Assembly (NCBI GenBank): GCA_963836205.1
Contig: CAWIIV010000011.1
Span: 32,001 to 96,000, forward strand
DNA: 64,000 bases
Reading direction: 5' to 3'
Origin: an uncultured Acidimicrobiia bacterium
Lineage (GTDB): Bacteria; Actinomycetota; Acidimicrobiia; Acidimicrobiales; AC-14
Shown: positions 37,884-47,779 of the stretch, piece after piece
How positions within the stretch are numbered: position 1 is the stretch's first letter
Layout of the letters: each line of letters opens with the position of its first letter
The notes under the pieces: generated by a model
The model's database searches: none
Told to the model about the DNA's origin: nothing
The model's input: only the letters and a program-made list of their open reading frames with translations
Made by a program: the position numbers and the translations under genes

Positions 37884-39221
37884 CTACGCCCGTTCCCGGC
37901 CGGCCAGACCCTCCGGACCGGCCTCGATCCAGGCCCGGACGGTCCGGAACGCATCGGTCGCCCGGATGAGGTCGAAGTTGGGGTCGGCGTCGAGCACCTC
38001 GGTGTCGCGCCAGCCCAGTTCGACCGCCTTGTGCAGCCACGACAGGGCCTCCTGGGCGTCGCCCGCGCACGCCCAGCTGCAGGCGACGTTGTAGGCCACC
38101 ACGCCGGCCGGCGCCCGCCGGAAGAGCACCTCGCCCACCCGGGACGCCTCCCGGAACAGGTCGGAGTGGTGCAGGCCGAGCTGGAGGGCCCGCAGGGCGG
38201 TGACGGCCTGGCCCTCGGGCAGGGCGGCCACGTCCTCCAGGAGCTGGTCGAGGACGTCGTGCTCGACGACGACGCGCGCCGCCACCACCGCCCCCACCGA
38301 GTCCTCGCAGGTGCCGTAGGCGACGGCCAGCGACGGGGCCGGACGGCCGGCGGCCAGCTCGACCGAGGTGCGGACAAGGTGGCTGGCGGTGACTCCGCCC
38401 CCCAGCCGGTGGAGGGCGGCCTCGGCGTCGGCCGGCTGGCCCGCGGCCAGGTGGGACCAGGCCAGGAGCTCCATGCCCGCGGTCTGGACCCGCGCCGACG
38501 TCCGTCCCGCGGTGACCTCGCGGGCCACCTCGGCCGCGGCGACGGGGTCGCCCGCGAGGAGCGCGGCCCGCCCCTCGTTGATGCGCAGCAGGGCGGGGTG
38601 GTCGCGGGCCCGGGCCAGCACCTGCCAGTTCTGGAACCCGAAGAAGGCGGCGATCATGGCCACGTACGGCTCCTTGACCATGATGCCCACCACCGCCAGG
38701 GCCGCGGCCGCCACCAGCGAGACCACCCGGGCCGCCCGTTGGCCGCCGCCGCCGGTGGCCTGCTCCAGGGCCGATGCCATCACGTTGCCGCCGTCGAGGG
38801 GGAGGATCGGCAGGAGATTGAAGACACCCCAGGCCATGGTGACGAAGATCAGGTCCGAGAACGCACTGCGCAGCAGCTCCGAGTCGGTGCCGACCGACCG
38901 GTACAGCCAGATGCCCACCGCCCCCGCGGCGAACCCGGTGAGGGGACCGGCCAGGCTGACCACCATCGACCGGCGGGGAGGCTGGACCGCCCCGGTGGTG
39001 TAGCCGCCGAAGCCGTGGAGGGTGATCTCGGCGTCCGAGCCGAAGCGGCGGAAGGCGAGGGCGTGACCCAGCTCGTGGACGAGGATGCCGAACCCGGCCA
39101 CCACGATCCATTCGACGACGAACAGTCCCTCACGGCCGCCGGCCAGGCCGAACATGCCCATGATCAGGAAGAACAACGGCTCGACCCGGACCGGGAAGCC
39201 CAGGGCGCGAAAGCGGAGCAC
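37884..39221 (-). CDS. Site-2 protease (M50) with C-terminal TPR domain
   Basis: HELGH, VSLAGP, NLLPILPLDGG, YNVACSWA...DADPNFD. Confidence 0.9.
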   Translation of the reverse strand: MLRFRALGFPVRVEPLFFLIMGMFGLAGGREGLFVVEWIVVAGFGILVHELGHALAFRRFGSDAEITLHGFGGYTTGAVQPPRRSMVVSLAGPLTGFAAGAVGIWLYRSVGTDSELLRSAFSDLIFVTMAWGVFNLLPILPLDGGNVMASALEQATGGGGQRAARVVSLVAAAALAVVGIMVKEPYVAMIAAFFGFQNWQVLARARDHPALLRINEGRAALLAGDPVAAAEVAREVTAGRTSARVQTAGMELLAWSHLAAGQPADAEAALHRLGGGVTASHLVRTSVELAAGRPAPSLAVAYGTCEDSVGAVVAARVVVEHDVLDQLLEDVAALPEGQAVTALRALQLGLHHSDLFREASRVGEVLFRRAPAGVVAYNVACSWACAGDAQEALSWLHKAVELGWRDTEVLDADPNFDLIRATDAFRTVRAWIEAGPEGLAGRERA

Positions 39222-39288
39222 AGGTGCAGGGTAAACGGGTGGCCGTGGCTGCGGAGGGTGATGCGGGTGACGCGCTAACCTCCGCATC

Positions 39289-39546
39289 ATGCGCACCACG
39301 GTGTCGATCGACGACGAGTTGCTCGGGGCGGCCAAGCGGCGCGCCCGTGAGCGGGGTCAGACGCTGGGCCAGGTGGTGGAGACCGCCCTCCGGAGGGAAC
39401 TGGCCGAGCCGGTCGTCGCCGGGTCGCTGACGCCCATCCCGGTGTTCACGGGGGGCGGCGGGCCGAGGCCCGGACTCGACCTGACGTCGAACCGGGCGTT
39501 GCACGAGGCGCTCGACGACGGCGTCGACCTCGACCGTCTGCGCTGA
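39289..39546 (+). CDS. vapB: VapB-type antitoxin (RHH)
   Basis: [15 protein letters not shown], directly upstream of a PIN toxin. Confidence 0.85.
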   Translation: MRTTVSIDDELLGAAKRRARERGQTLGQVVETALRRELAEPVVAGSLTPIPVFTGGGGPRPGLDLTSNRALHEALDDGVDLDRLR

Positions 39547-39547
39547 C

Positions 39548-39979
39548 GTGCTCCTCGTCCTCGACGTCAACGTCGTCCTCGCCGCCCACCGCCAGGACCA
39601 TCCCTCCCACGGGTCCGTTCGCCCCTGGTTCGACGCGGTCGTGGCCGGCGACGACGATTTCGCGGTTCCGGACGGGGTCTGGGCCTCGTTCCTCCGCCTC
39701 GCCACCAACCGCCGCATCTTCGTCGTGCCGACCCCGCTCGCCGACGCGTTCCTCTTCCTCGACGCGACCATCGCCCAGCCCCGCCACCTTCGTCTGGGGC
39801 CCGGCCCTCGCCATCCGGCCCTCGTCCGCCGGCTCTGCGAGGAGGCCGAGGCCACCGGCGACCTCGTCCCCGACGCCGTGCTCGGCGCGATCGCGGTCGA
39901 GCACGGGGCCACCGTCGCGACGCTCGATCGCGACTTCGCCCGGTTCCCGTCCGTCGCCCACGTCCGTCCCGGGCGCTGA
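39548..39979 (+). CDS. vapC: VapC PIN-domain toxin
   Basis: [37 protein letters not shown]. Confidence 0.9.
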   Translation: MLLVLDVNVVLAAHRQDHPSHGSVRPWFDAVVAGDDDFAVPDGVWASFLRLATNRRIFVVPTPLADAFLFLDATIAQPRHLRLGPGPRHPALVRRLCEEAEATGDLVPDAVLGAIAVEHGATVATLDRDFARFPSVAHVRPGR

Positions 39980-39988
39980 ACGCCGGAA

Positions 39989-40867
39989 TCAGCCCCGGCG
40001 GCAGCCGAGTGCGGTTTGCAGGGTGGCCAGGTTCTGGCGCATGAGCGAGAAGTAGTCGTCCTCGCCCTCGTTCTCCACGCCCTCGATGGTGTTCAGCACG
40101 GCCGTCGTCACCCCGGCCTCCCGGGCCAGGGTCTCCGCCACCTCGGGCGAGACCAGCTCCTCGGTGAAGATGGTGGTCACCCCCCGGCTCCTCACCAGGT
40201 CGGCCAGCTCGGCCAGGCGGCGGGGGTCGGGCTCGGCGTCGGGGGACAGGCCGGAGATGGCTACCTCCTCCAGGCCGTACCGGCGGACCAGGTAGCCGAA
40301 CGCCTGGTGGCTGGTGACGATGAGGCGGGAATCGCACTCGGCCAGGCCGGACCGGAGCTCGGCGTCGAGCTCGTCCAGCCGCCGGCGGTAGTCGTCGGCC
40401 CCCGCCCGGTAGGTGTCGGCATGGGCGGGGTCGACCTCGATCAGGGCCGCCTCGATCCCGTCGGCCACCTCGCCGAACACCACCGGGTCGAGCCACACGT
40501 GGGGGTCGTCCGCCTCCGCGCCGTCCAGGTCAGCCCGGAGGTCGACCGCGTTGGGTGTGAGCCGGGCCGCGTCCTCCACCGCCGGTTGAAAGCCGCCGCC
40601 CAGGTAGAACATGAGGTCGGCCGAGGCGATCCGGTCGAGCTGGCGGGGGTTGAGCTCGATGTCGTGGGGCTCGACGCCGGCCGGCGTGAGGTTGGCGACG
40701 TCGACCTGCTCACCGCCGACACCCCGGGTGGCATCGACCAGGGGGTAGAAGCTGGCCACCACCGACAGCCGCCCGTCGCCCGAGGACCCCGAGCCGCGCT
40801 CACCGCCGCACCCGCCCAACAGGACGGCGAGGGAGACGATGACGCCGACCGCCTGTGTTCTGCGCAT
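39989..40867 (-). CDS. znuA: Zn ABC transporter substrate-binding lipoprotein
   Basis: LGGC lipobox, VVASFYP, GVEPHD, DPHVWLDP, SHQAFGY. Confidence 0.92.
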   Translation of the reverse strand: MRRTQAVGVIVSLAVLLGGCGGERGSGSSGDGRLSVVASFYPLVDATRGVGGEQVDVANLTPAGVEPHDIELNPRQLDRIASADLMFYLGGGFQPAVEDAARLTPNAVDLRADLDGAEADDPHVWLDPVVFGEVADGIEAALIEVDPAHADTYRAGADDYRRRLDELDAELRSGLAECDSRLIVTSHQAFGYLVRRYGLEEVAISGLSPDAEPDPRRLAELADLVRSRGVTTIFTEELVSPEVAETLAREAGVTTAVLNTIEGVENEGEDDYFSLMRQNLATLQTALGCRRG

Positions 40868-40886
40868 GCCCGGCACGGTACCACGG

Positions 40887-40907
40887 TGATGGGAATGATT
40901 CTCATTC
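40887..40907. promoter_or_regulatory. Zur/Fur-family box upstream of znuA
   Basis: Minus strand GAATGAGAATCATTCCCATCA, near-identical to the znuC box. Confidence 0.75.
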
Positions 40908-40927
40908 GCTACCCGGGTCGAGCGACT

Positions 40928-41836
40928 CTAGGGCGGCGGCGGTTCCACCTTGGGGGCCGGTCCGAGGCGGGCCAGTTCCCGCTCCACGTCGTCCCAGAGC
41001 AGGAGGCCGTCGGCCTCGCCGTACTCCTTCTGGCTCGACTCCTCCCGGGAGTACCAGCGGAAGAAGATCACCGCGATCACGATCCACAGGTAGAACCCGG
41101 CCCCCACCTTCATGATCAGGCCCGCGAACAACTGGTCGTTGAGGGCCGAGATGTCCCACAGCCGGGGGAACGTCTCGTAGATCGGGTAAAGCGGCTTCTT
41201 GCCGAAGGTGAGGAAGGAGGCCGGCACCGTCGGGACCACCGTCTGGAGGAACAGGTAGAGCATCTGCACCGGCGGTTTCAACCGGGGGACCTCGGGCAGG
41301 GGGCTCAACACCGGGAACCACATGAGCACGGCCGAGGTCAGCAGCACCGCGTGGGCGATGAAATGCAGCGGGTGGTGGACCACCGTGGCCTCCACCACCG
41401 CCGGCCAGTGGCTCAGGACGAGGATCAGGTTGGCCTGGAACAGGGCGAGCGCGGGCTTGGAGAAGGCCCGCACGATCTTGAGCAGCCCCGGCGGGCTGAG
41501 CAGCCGCCGCATGAGCCAGCCGGGCGTTCCCAGCAGGAGCAGGGGCGCCACCACCAGCGTGAGCGTGAGGTGCTGGGCCATGTGGGCGCTGTAGAGGTAG
41601 CCCTCGGCCAGGTCGTGCACCGGCCAGTCGGAGACACCCCACATGACGGCCATCCCCAGGCCGAAGGCCCACAGCTGGCCGCGGGTGGCGACGGCCTCAG
41701 CGCCAGGTCCCCGGCGGGCCCGCTCCCGCCGCAGGGCGACGAGGTAGCCGAGGATGATGAGGGAGAAGAGCGCCCAGCTGTCGAAGTGGGCGTGCCAGGC
41801 GGGGAAGGGGACGGCCGCAGCCGCTATCGGTGCCAA
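40928..41836 (-). CDS. ctaG: Cytochrome c oxidase assembly factor CtaG (caa3 type)
   Basis: SAHMAQH, APLLLLG, H..P, DQLFAGLIMK. Confidence 0.88.
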   Translation of the reverse strand: MAPIAAAAVPFPAWHAHFDSWALFSLIILGYLVALRRERARRGPGAEAVATRGQLWAFGLGMAVMWGVSDWPVHDLAEGYLYSAHMAQHLTLTLVVAPLLLLGTPGWLMRRLLSPPGLLKIVRAFSKPALALFQANLILVLSHWPAVVEATVVHHPLHFIAHAVLLTSAVLMWFPVLSPLPEVPRLKPPVQMLYLFLQTVVPTVPASFLTFGKKPLYPIYETFPRLWDISALNDQLFAGLIMKVGAGFYLWIVIAVIFFRWYSREESSQKEYGEADGLLLWDDVERELARLGPAPKVEPPPP

Positions 41837-42180
41837 ATGTGGAACGTCGACAACACGCTGACGTAGCAGAACAGGGCCAGGACGAGGCCGGTGACGAAGA
41901 AGCGGCGGAACAGCTTGCTGTCGAAGCGCAGGTGCATGAAGAACATCACGACCACGCTGAACTTCACGACCGCCATGATCACCAGGATGTAGACCAGCAG
42001 CCCCTCCAGGGCCTCCACGTAGTAGACGCCCACCTCGGCCGCGGTGACCACGGCCAGGAAGAGGGCGATGTAGACGTACTGGAGGTCGCTCGGGTGCTCG
42101 TGGGCGGCGCCGTGGGCCGGCCCCCCGTGCTCGGGCGGGGTGTCGACGACGGGCCCCCCGGTGGGGTCGGTAGCCGTCAT
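41824..42180 (-). CDS. Cytochrome c oxidase subunit IV (COX4_pro)
   Basis: YVYIALFLAVVTAAEV, KFSVVVMFFMHLRFD. Confidence 0.88.
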   Translation of the reverse strand: MTATDPTGGPVVDTPPEHGGPAHGAAHEHPSDLQYVYIALFLAVVTAAEVGVYYVEALEGLLVYILVIMAVVKFSVVVMFFMHLRFDSKLFRRFFVTGLVLALFCYVSVLSTFHIWHR

Positions 42181-42824
42181 GGGATGAGGTACACGAGGGT
42201 GAAGATCACGATCCAGACGATGTCGACGAAGTGCCAGTAGAGGCCGATGAGCTCGACCACCTCGGCTTTGGCCGACGGTAGCTTCCCCTTCAGGGACATG
42301 CTCCAAAGCGACAGGAGCATGAGCACGCCGATGGTGACGTGGGCCCCGTGGAAGCCGGTCATGATGTAGAAGCTGCTGCCGAAGAGATTGGTGCGGAGGT
42401 TGAGGCCTTCCCGCACGAAGACGGTGAACTCGTAGGCCTGGCCGGCCACGAAGCTCCCGCCCAGCAGGGCGGTGGTGAGCAGCCACACCCGTAGGGCCCG
42501 GTGGTCGCCCCGCTGGATTGCCGACAGGGCCAGCACCATGGTGAGGCTGCTCATGAGCAGGACGAACGAGCTGACCGATGTGTAGGGGATGTCGAAGATG
42601 TCGGCCGGGTTGATCGTCCCCGGCTCGCTCTGGCCCTTATAGAGCAAATACGTCGATATCAGCCCCCCGAAGAGGAGGCACTCCGAGCCCAGGAAGGCCC
42701 ACATCGCCACCTTCTCGTTGCTGAGTCCGGTGGAGGTGGGGGGATGGCCGGGCTCCACCTCGTGGTGGCTGCCCTCGGAGCTGCTTTCGGGGGATGCGGA
42801 GACGTCGTGGTCGGTGACGGTCAT
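42177..42824 (-). CDS. ctaE: Cytochrome c oxidase subunit III
   Basis: MWAFLGSE, LLMSS, TGFHGAHV, LYWHFVDIVW. Confidence 0.95.
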   Translation of the reverse strand: MTVTDHDVSASPESSSEGSHHEVEPGHPPTSTGLSNEKVAMWAFLGSECLLFGGLISTYLLYKGQSEPGTINPADIFDIPYTSVSSFVLLMSSLTMVLALSAIQRGDHRALRVWLLTTALLGGSFVAGQAYEFTVFVREGLNLRTNLFGSSFYIMTGFHGAHVTIGVLMLLSLWSMSLKGKLPSAKAEVVELIGLYWHFVDIVWIVIFTLVYLIP

Positions 42825-44968
42825 CCCTGGCCCACCGGCTGGAGGTCTTCGGACGGCGAGTCGTCGGGGGCCAGGGCGGCGTCGTGGCCGTTGGGCTCCT
42901 CCGGCGGCTCCGGCTCGGTGGCCGGCTCGAGTCCCCAGGAGTAGATGCCGCCGAGCATCCAGATGCCGCCGATCACGGCCACGACCCAGAACTTGTAGAT
43001 CATCCCGTAGCAGATGACCGCCAGTCCGACGGCGGTGAAGGCGGGCCAGTACGAGGGCGACGGCAGGTGGATGTGGACGTGCTCCTCGTGGTCGTCCCCG
43101 TGCTCGCCGTCGTGATCACCGTCGGGGCCGTCAGCGTGGTCGCCGTGATCAGCGTCGTGGCCGTCACCGTCGGCGAGGACGACGTCGGTGGACGCCTCCA
43201 CCTCGTCGGTGGCCTCCTCCTGGGGCGACACCTTGGCGTCGGCCGGGATGGGCTTGTCCCGCAGGACCGCCCGGCCGTGCTCGTCCTCGGTGTACTTCTG
43301 GTGCCAGAAGTCGTCGCGGGCGGTGACGGTGGGCACTTCCTTGAAGTTGTACTCGGGCGGCGGGGACGGGATGGTCCACTCCAGGGTGCGGGCGTCCCAG
43401 GGGTCGTCGCCGACGTGGGGACCCTTGCGGCTGACCCACAGGTTGTACATGAACACCATCACCGACAGGGCGATGAGGAACGAGCCCAGGGTGGCCACGA
43501 AGTTCCACACGTCCCAGCCCCGGCCCGTGGGGTACGTGTAGACCCGCCGGGGCATGCCCTGCAGGCCGAGGATGTGGAACGGGGCGAAGGTGGCGTTGAA
43601 CCCGATCATCGTCAGCCAGAAGTGGACCTTGCCCATGCGGTCGGACAGCATCCGCCCGGTGAGCTTGGGGTACCAGTAGTAGAGCCCGGCGAAGAGGCCG
43701 AAGATGCTGCCGCCGAAGAGCACGTAGTGGAAGTGGGCGACGATGTAGTAGGTGTCGGTCTGCTGGGTGTCGGAGGGGACGACGGCGTGGGTCACTCCCG
43801 ACAGCCCGCCGATGGTGAACATGGTCACGAACCCGACCGCGAACAGCAGGGGAGTGGTGAGGCGGATCTTGCCTTTCCACAGGGTGCTGATCCAGTTGAA
43901 GATCTTCACGCCGGTTGGCACCGCGATGAACATGGTGGAGGCGCTGAAGGCGGACAGGGCGACGGGGCCGAGGCCGGTGGCGAACATGTGGTGGGCCCAC
44001 ACGCCCCAGCCCATGAAGCCGATGGCGATGCCCGAGAACACCATGACCTGGTAGCCGAACAGGGGTTTCCGGGAGAACACCGGTAACACCTCGGACACGA
44101 TCCCCATCGCAGGGAGGATCAGGATATAGACCTCCGGATGGCCGAAGAGCCAGAAGAGGTGTTGCCAGAGCAGGGGGTCGGCCCCCGCCTCGGCGTTGAA
44201 GAAGTTGGTGGCGAAGAGCCGGTCGAAGCTGAGCAGGAACAGGGCCACGGTGATGACCGGGATGGCGAAGAGCAGCAGGAACTGGGCCACCAGCGACATC
44301 CACACGAAGATGGGCATCCGCATGAGGCTCATGCCCGGGGCCCGCATGTTGATGACGGTGACGATCAGGTTGACGGCACCGGTCAGCGAGGCGATGCCCA
44401 GGATCTGGAGGCCGAAGACCCAGTAGTCGATGTTGTGGCCGGGCATGTTGCGGGTGAGGGGGGCGTAGCCGAACCAGCCGCCGTTGGGCGCCCCGCCCAG
44501 GAAGAAGCTGGAGTACATGAACAGTCCGCCGACGATGAACACCCAGTAGCCGAAGGCGTTGAGCCGGGGAAACGCCACGTCGCGGGCACCGATCATGAGC
44601 GGCAGCAGGTAGTTGGCGAGCCCGGCCGACAGGGGCATGATCACCAGGAAGATCATGGTGGTGCCGTGCATGGTGAAGATCTGGTTGTAGGCGTCGGCGC
44701 TGAGGAAGGTGCTGTTGGGCGAACCCAGCTGGACTCGCAGCAGGAGGGCCTCGATGCCGCCGATCAGGAAGAAGATCATGGCCGAGACGGCGTAGAGGAC
44801 GCCGATCTTCTTGTGGTCGACGGTGGTGATCCACCCCCACAGGCCCTTGGCGTCGCCGGTGGGCCGCCGGAGGAGGCGGGTGGGGGCCTTGGCGTCGGGG
44901 GTGCCGGGTGCGCCAGGGCCGACGGGTGAGGCCGGGGCCGCGGGCGCCGGTTGGGTGACGATGGCCAT
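42821..44968 (-). CDS. ctaD: Cytochrome c oxidase subunit I (A1 type, intact), with a His/Asp-rich C-terminal extension
   Basis: FTMHG, GARDVAFPRLN, GHPEVY, WAHH, PTGVK, AHFHY, GMPRR. Confidence 0.97.
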   Translation of the reverse strand: MAIVTQPAPAAPASPVGPGAPGTPDAKAPTRLLRRPTGDAKGLWGWITTVDHKKIGVLYAVSAMIFFLIGGIEALLLRVQLGSPNSTFLSADAYNQIFTMHGTTMIFLVIMPLSAGLANYLLPLMIGARDVAFPRLNAFGYWVFIVGGLFMYSSFFLGGAPNGGWFGYAPLTRNMPGHNIDYWVFGLQILGIASLTGAVNLIVTVINMRAPGMSLMRMPIFVWMSLVAQFLLLFAIPVITVALFLLSFDRLFATNFFNAEAGADPLLWQHLFWLFGHPEVYILILPAMGIVSEVLPVFSRKPLFGYQVMVFSGIAIGFMGWGVWAHHMFATGLGPVALSAFSASTMFIAVPTGVKIFNWISTLWKGKIRLTTPLLFAVGFVTMFTIGGLSGVTHAVVPSDTQQTDTYYIVAHFHYVLFGGSIFGLFAGLYYWYPKLTGRMLSDRMGKVHFWLTMIGFNATFAPFHILGLQGMPRRVYTYPTGRGWDVWNFVATLGSFLIALSVMVFMYNLWVSRKGPHVGDDPWDARTLEWTIPSPPPEYNFKEVPTVTARDDFWHQKYTEDEHGRAVLRDKPIPADAKVSPQEEATDEVEASTDVVLADGDGHDADHGDHADGPDGDHDGEHGDDHEEHVHIHLPSPSYWPAFTAVGLAVICYGMIYKFWVVAVIGGIWMLGGIYSWGLEPATEPEPPEEPNGHDAALAPDDSPSEDLQPVGQG

Positions 44969-45024
44969 CAGGAGCGCCCGGCCGCGATAGGCCACGTCGG
45001 GGGAAGGAGGTGGTGTTCGGTCAC
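44968..45024 (-). other. Mini-ORF bridging the ctaC stop and ctaD start
   Basis: GTGA overlap, MTEHHLLPPTWPIAAGRS*, TGATG overlap. Confidence 0.5.
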
Positions 45025-46085
45025 TGCAACGTCTCCAGGTAGGCGATGAGCTGGTCGATCTCGTCGTCGGTGAGGCCCAGGTCGGGCATCAGCGAGCCGG
45101 GCTTGACCGCAGGCGGGTCCGCCAGCCAGGTGCGGAGGTTCTCCTCGTTGAGGTTGAAGATGCTGCCGGCGAAGGTCTTGCGGCTCTGGAAGTGGGTGAG
45201 GTCGGGACCGATCTTGCCCTGCGAGACCCCGGCCACCGTGTGGCAGCCGGCGCAGCCCTTGGCGCTGAAGAGAGCCAGGCCCTCGGCCGCGGGGCCGCCC
45301 GCGGGCGGGGTGACAGCGGCCGAGCGCTGTCGCGCCACCCAGGTGTCGAAGTTGGCCGGGGTGTGGGCGACGGCCTGGGCTCGCATGTTGGCGTGGGAGA
45401 GCCCGCAGAACTCGGTGCACTGCCCGAGGTAGGTGCCGGGCTTGTCGGCCTCGAAGCTCATATGGTTGACCCGGCCGGGGATGACGTCGGTCTTCCCGGC
45501 GAGGGGCGGGATCCAGTAGCTGTGGATGACGTCGACGCTCTCCAGGTTGAGCTCGACGGGCATGCCGGCGGGGATGTTGAGCTCGTTGGCGGTGGTGATG
45601 CCGAGATCGTCGTAGCGGTACTCCCACCAGTACTGGTGGCCGATGACGGTGACGTGGAGGGCGTTGGCCGGCTTCTCGGCCAGGTCGAAGATGGTGGCGA
45701 TCGTGGGGATGGCGATGGCGAACAGGATGAGGGCGGGGATGAGCGTCCAGCCCACCTCGAGCTTGGTGTTGCCGTGGATCTGCTCCGGCTCGGGCCCGGG
45801 CCGGTCACGGAACCTGATCACGCAGTAGAGGACGAGGGCGGGCACCAGCACGAGAAACACACCGGCGATGAGAAAAACCGGCTCGCTCAGGTCGAGGATC
45901 TTCTTGGCCACCGGACCCGCAGGCTCCATCGTGTCCTGGGGGGCCTTCTCGGCGCAGGCGCCGAGGGTGAGGAGGAGCCCGCCGCTGGCGAACGCGCCCA
46001 GACGCCGGAGCCCTCGGGCTGGACTCGTGAAGCCGTTCACATCAGTGACTCTCGCGGTTCGCTCCGCGCCCGTCCAATCCCTCAT
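45021..46085 (-). CDS. ctaC: Cytochrome c oxidase subunit II with fused cytochrome c (caa3)
   Basis: LGAC lipobox, HQYWWEY, DVIHSYW, CTEFCGLSHANM (CuA), CAGCH...MP. Confidence 0.96.
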   Translation of the reverse strand: MRDWTGAERTARVTDVNGFTSPARGLRRLGAFASGGLLLTLGACAEKAPQDTMEPAGPVAKKILDLSEPVFLIAGVFLVLVPALVLYCVIRFRDRPGPEPEQIHGNTKLEVGWTLIPALILFAIAIPTIATIFDLAEKPANALHVTVIGHQYWWEYRYDDLGITTANELNIPAGMPVELNLESVDVIHSYWIPPLAGKTDVIPGRVNHMSFEADKPGTYLGQCTEFCGLSHANMRAQAVAHTPANFDTWVARQRSAAVTPPAGGPAAEGLALFSAKGCAGCHTVAGVSQGKIGPDLTHFQSRKTFAGSIFNLNEENLRTWLADPPAVKPGSLMPDLGLTDDEIDQLIAYLETLQ

Positions 46086-46105
46086 GCCAGCCCCTTGGCC
46101 CTCAT
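46082..46105 (-). other. Mini-ORF bridging the cupredoxin-fusion stop and ctaC start
   Basis: ATGA-MRAKGLA-ATGA double overlap. Confidence 0.5.
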
Positions 46106-47103
46106 GCCACCTTGGCCTTGCCGTTCATGTTGGGGTGGACGTCGCACTGGAAGAAGTACTCGCCCGGTGCCGGGCTGGCGAAGTGGTAGGTGACCTCGGC
46201 CGGACCGGCCACGATGTCGCCCTTGAAGATGGGGGGCGCGGTGGCGTCGGCACCGCCGTAGAGCGACACGTTGTGGGGAATCCCCGTGTCGTCGTTCTTG
46301 AGGACGATCTCGGCCTCGCCTGCCGGCAGGGAGAACTCCTTGAGGTCGAAGGCGATGTCGTCGGCCACGATCTCGACCGCGCCGGGGGCGTGGCCCTCCT
46401 GGCCCCCGCCGTGGTGCTCGATGTGGCGCTCGCCGGCACTGGCCGCCACCAGTCCCCCGGCGATCATGAGCACGCCGGCGACGCCGAGCACGGAGACCAT
46501 GGTGCGGGCCGAGATCGACGGCCGCAGGGCGAGCAGGGTGGCCATCCCGAGGATGACGACGGCCACCGCCAGCGCGATCCAGGTGGATGCCATCTCGGGC
46601 ACGGCCAGCAGGATGCGGGACATGAAGTACATCAGCGAGGCGATGCAGAACAGCCCCAGGACGGGGATGCCGATGGGCAGGAGGTTGATCTGGCGACCGG
46701 TGGTGTCGGCCGACACCCGGGCCAGCCAGCCGGCGACGGTGACCAGTCCCAGGCCGACGCCGAAGTAGGCGGGCAGGGGCCCCACCACCAGGCCGAGCAG
46801 GAGGAGGGTGATCGAGAGGGCGGCGGTGAAGGGCCAGGAGCCGCCGGCCGGAAGGGGCGCCCGGGCGACCTCGTGGTAGGCGGGCGGGTCGGCGTCGGGG
46901 GCGACCCACTCGGGCGCGTCGTTGACCCGGAATCCGGCGACGACGACCCCGGCGAAGCCGGCCACGCCGACCAGGAGCAGGTAGAGGGTGATGCCCAGCC
47001 AGTCGCCGGTGAAGGCGCCGTAGACGATGCTCAGGAGGAGGGACGCGGCCGAGACGGGCAGGAAGATCCGCGACGGCTGGGTGAGGACGGCCGACTTCGC
47101 CAT
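46102..47103 (-). CDS. Actinobacterial subunit IV (CtaF)-like membrane protein fused to a type-1 blue-copper domain
   Basis: About 7 TM with LPAGGSWP. C-terminal PHNV...PGEYFFQCDVHPNMNG (His, Cys, His, Met). Confidence 0.8.
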   Translation of the reverse strand: MAKSAVLTQPSRIFLPVSAASLLLSIVYGAFTGDWLGITLYLLLVGVAGFAGVVVAGFRVNDAPEWVAPDADPPAYHEVARAPLPAGGSWPFTAALSITLLLLGLVVGPLPAYFGVGLGLVTVAGWLARVSADTTGRQINLLPIGIPVLGLFCIASLMYFMSRILLAVPEMASTWIALAVAVVILGMATLLALRPSISARTMVSVLGVAGVLMIAGGLVAASAGERHIEHHGGGQEGHAPGAVEIVADDIAFDLKEFSLPAGEAEIVLKNDDTGIPHNVSLYGGADATAPPIFKGDIVAGPAEVTYHFASPAPGEYFFQCDVHPNMNGKAKVA

Positions 47104-47762
47104 CAGCCGTTGACCCGGCTGAGCACGAACAGCACGGTGCCGATCGCGAACCAGATGGCATTGGTGTACTGGAAGAACAGGATGCCGCTGCGCAGCGGGT
47201 CGTGGTGGTCGGCGGTGAAGTGCCCGAGCAGCGAGCGTCCGGCCAGGAGCACGAGCAGGCCCATGGCCGTGAGCAGGTGCACCAGGTGGTAGCCGATGAG
47301 CACGTAGTAGAAGGTGCCGTAGGCGTGGTCGCCGACTCCGAAGCCGGCCTTGCCGAAGGCGGCCCACTCGGCGTTGGCCGCCGCCACCCCGAGGAACACG
47401 GTGAGGATCAGGGCGATGGCCACGTTGCGCTGGTCGTTCTCGCGCACCGCCCGGATCGCCCACATGGCCGCCGCGGAAGCCATGGTGACGGTGATGGTGA
47501 CGACGGAGGGGATGTAGGTGCCGACGCCGACGTCGACCGGCGGCCACGCCGACGACCCGTCCTTGACCGCGAAGTAGGCGGCCACGATGGTCGACAGCAC
47601 CATGGCGTCGGCCACCATGAACAGGTAGGTGCCGAGGGCCCGGGTGCGATCGGGGAGGACGCGGGCGGGCGTGGGCTTCACCCCGCTGGGCAGGGCGAGG
47701 GGCGCCGCGGGGGAGGCGGCCGGGGAGGCGTCGGTGCGGGCGGGCGCGGTGACGGCCGTCAC
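47103..47762 (-). CDS. Divergent oxidase subunit III paralog
   Basis: GTYLFMVADAM, WPP, YGTFYYVLIGYHLVH. The canonical YWHFVD is replaced by FFQYTN. Confidence 0.85.
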   Translation of the reverse strand: MTAVTAPARTDASPAASPAAPLALPSGVKPTPARVLPDRTRALGTYLFMVADAMVLSTIVAAYFAVKDGSSAWPPVDVGVGTYIPSVVTITVTMASAAAMWAIRAVRENDQRNVAIALILTVFLGVAAANAEWAAFGKAGFGVGDHAYGTFYYVLIGYHLVHLLTAMGLLVLLAGRSLLGHFTADHHDPLRSGILFFQYTNAIWFAIGTVLFVLSRVNG

Positions 47763-47779
47763 GAGCGATGAACCATCAT
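47759..47779 (-). other. Mini-ORF bridging the subunit-I paralog stop and subunit-III paralog start
   Basis: TGATG-MMVHRS-GTGA double overlap. Confidence 0.5.
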
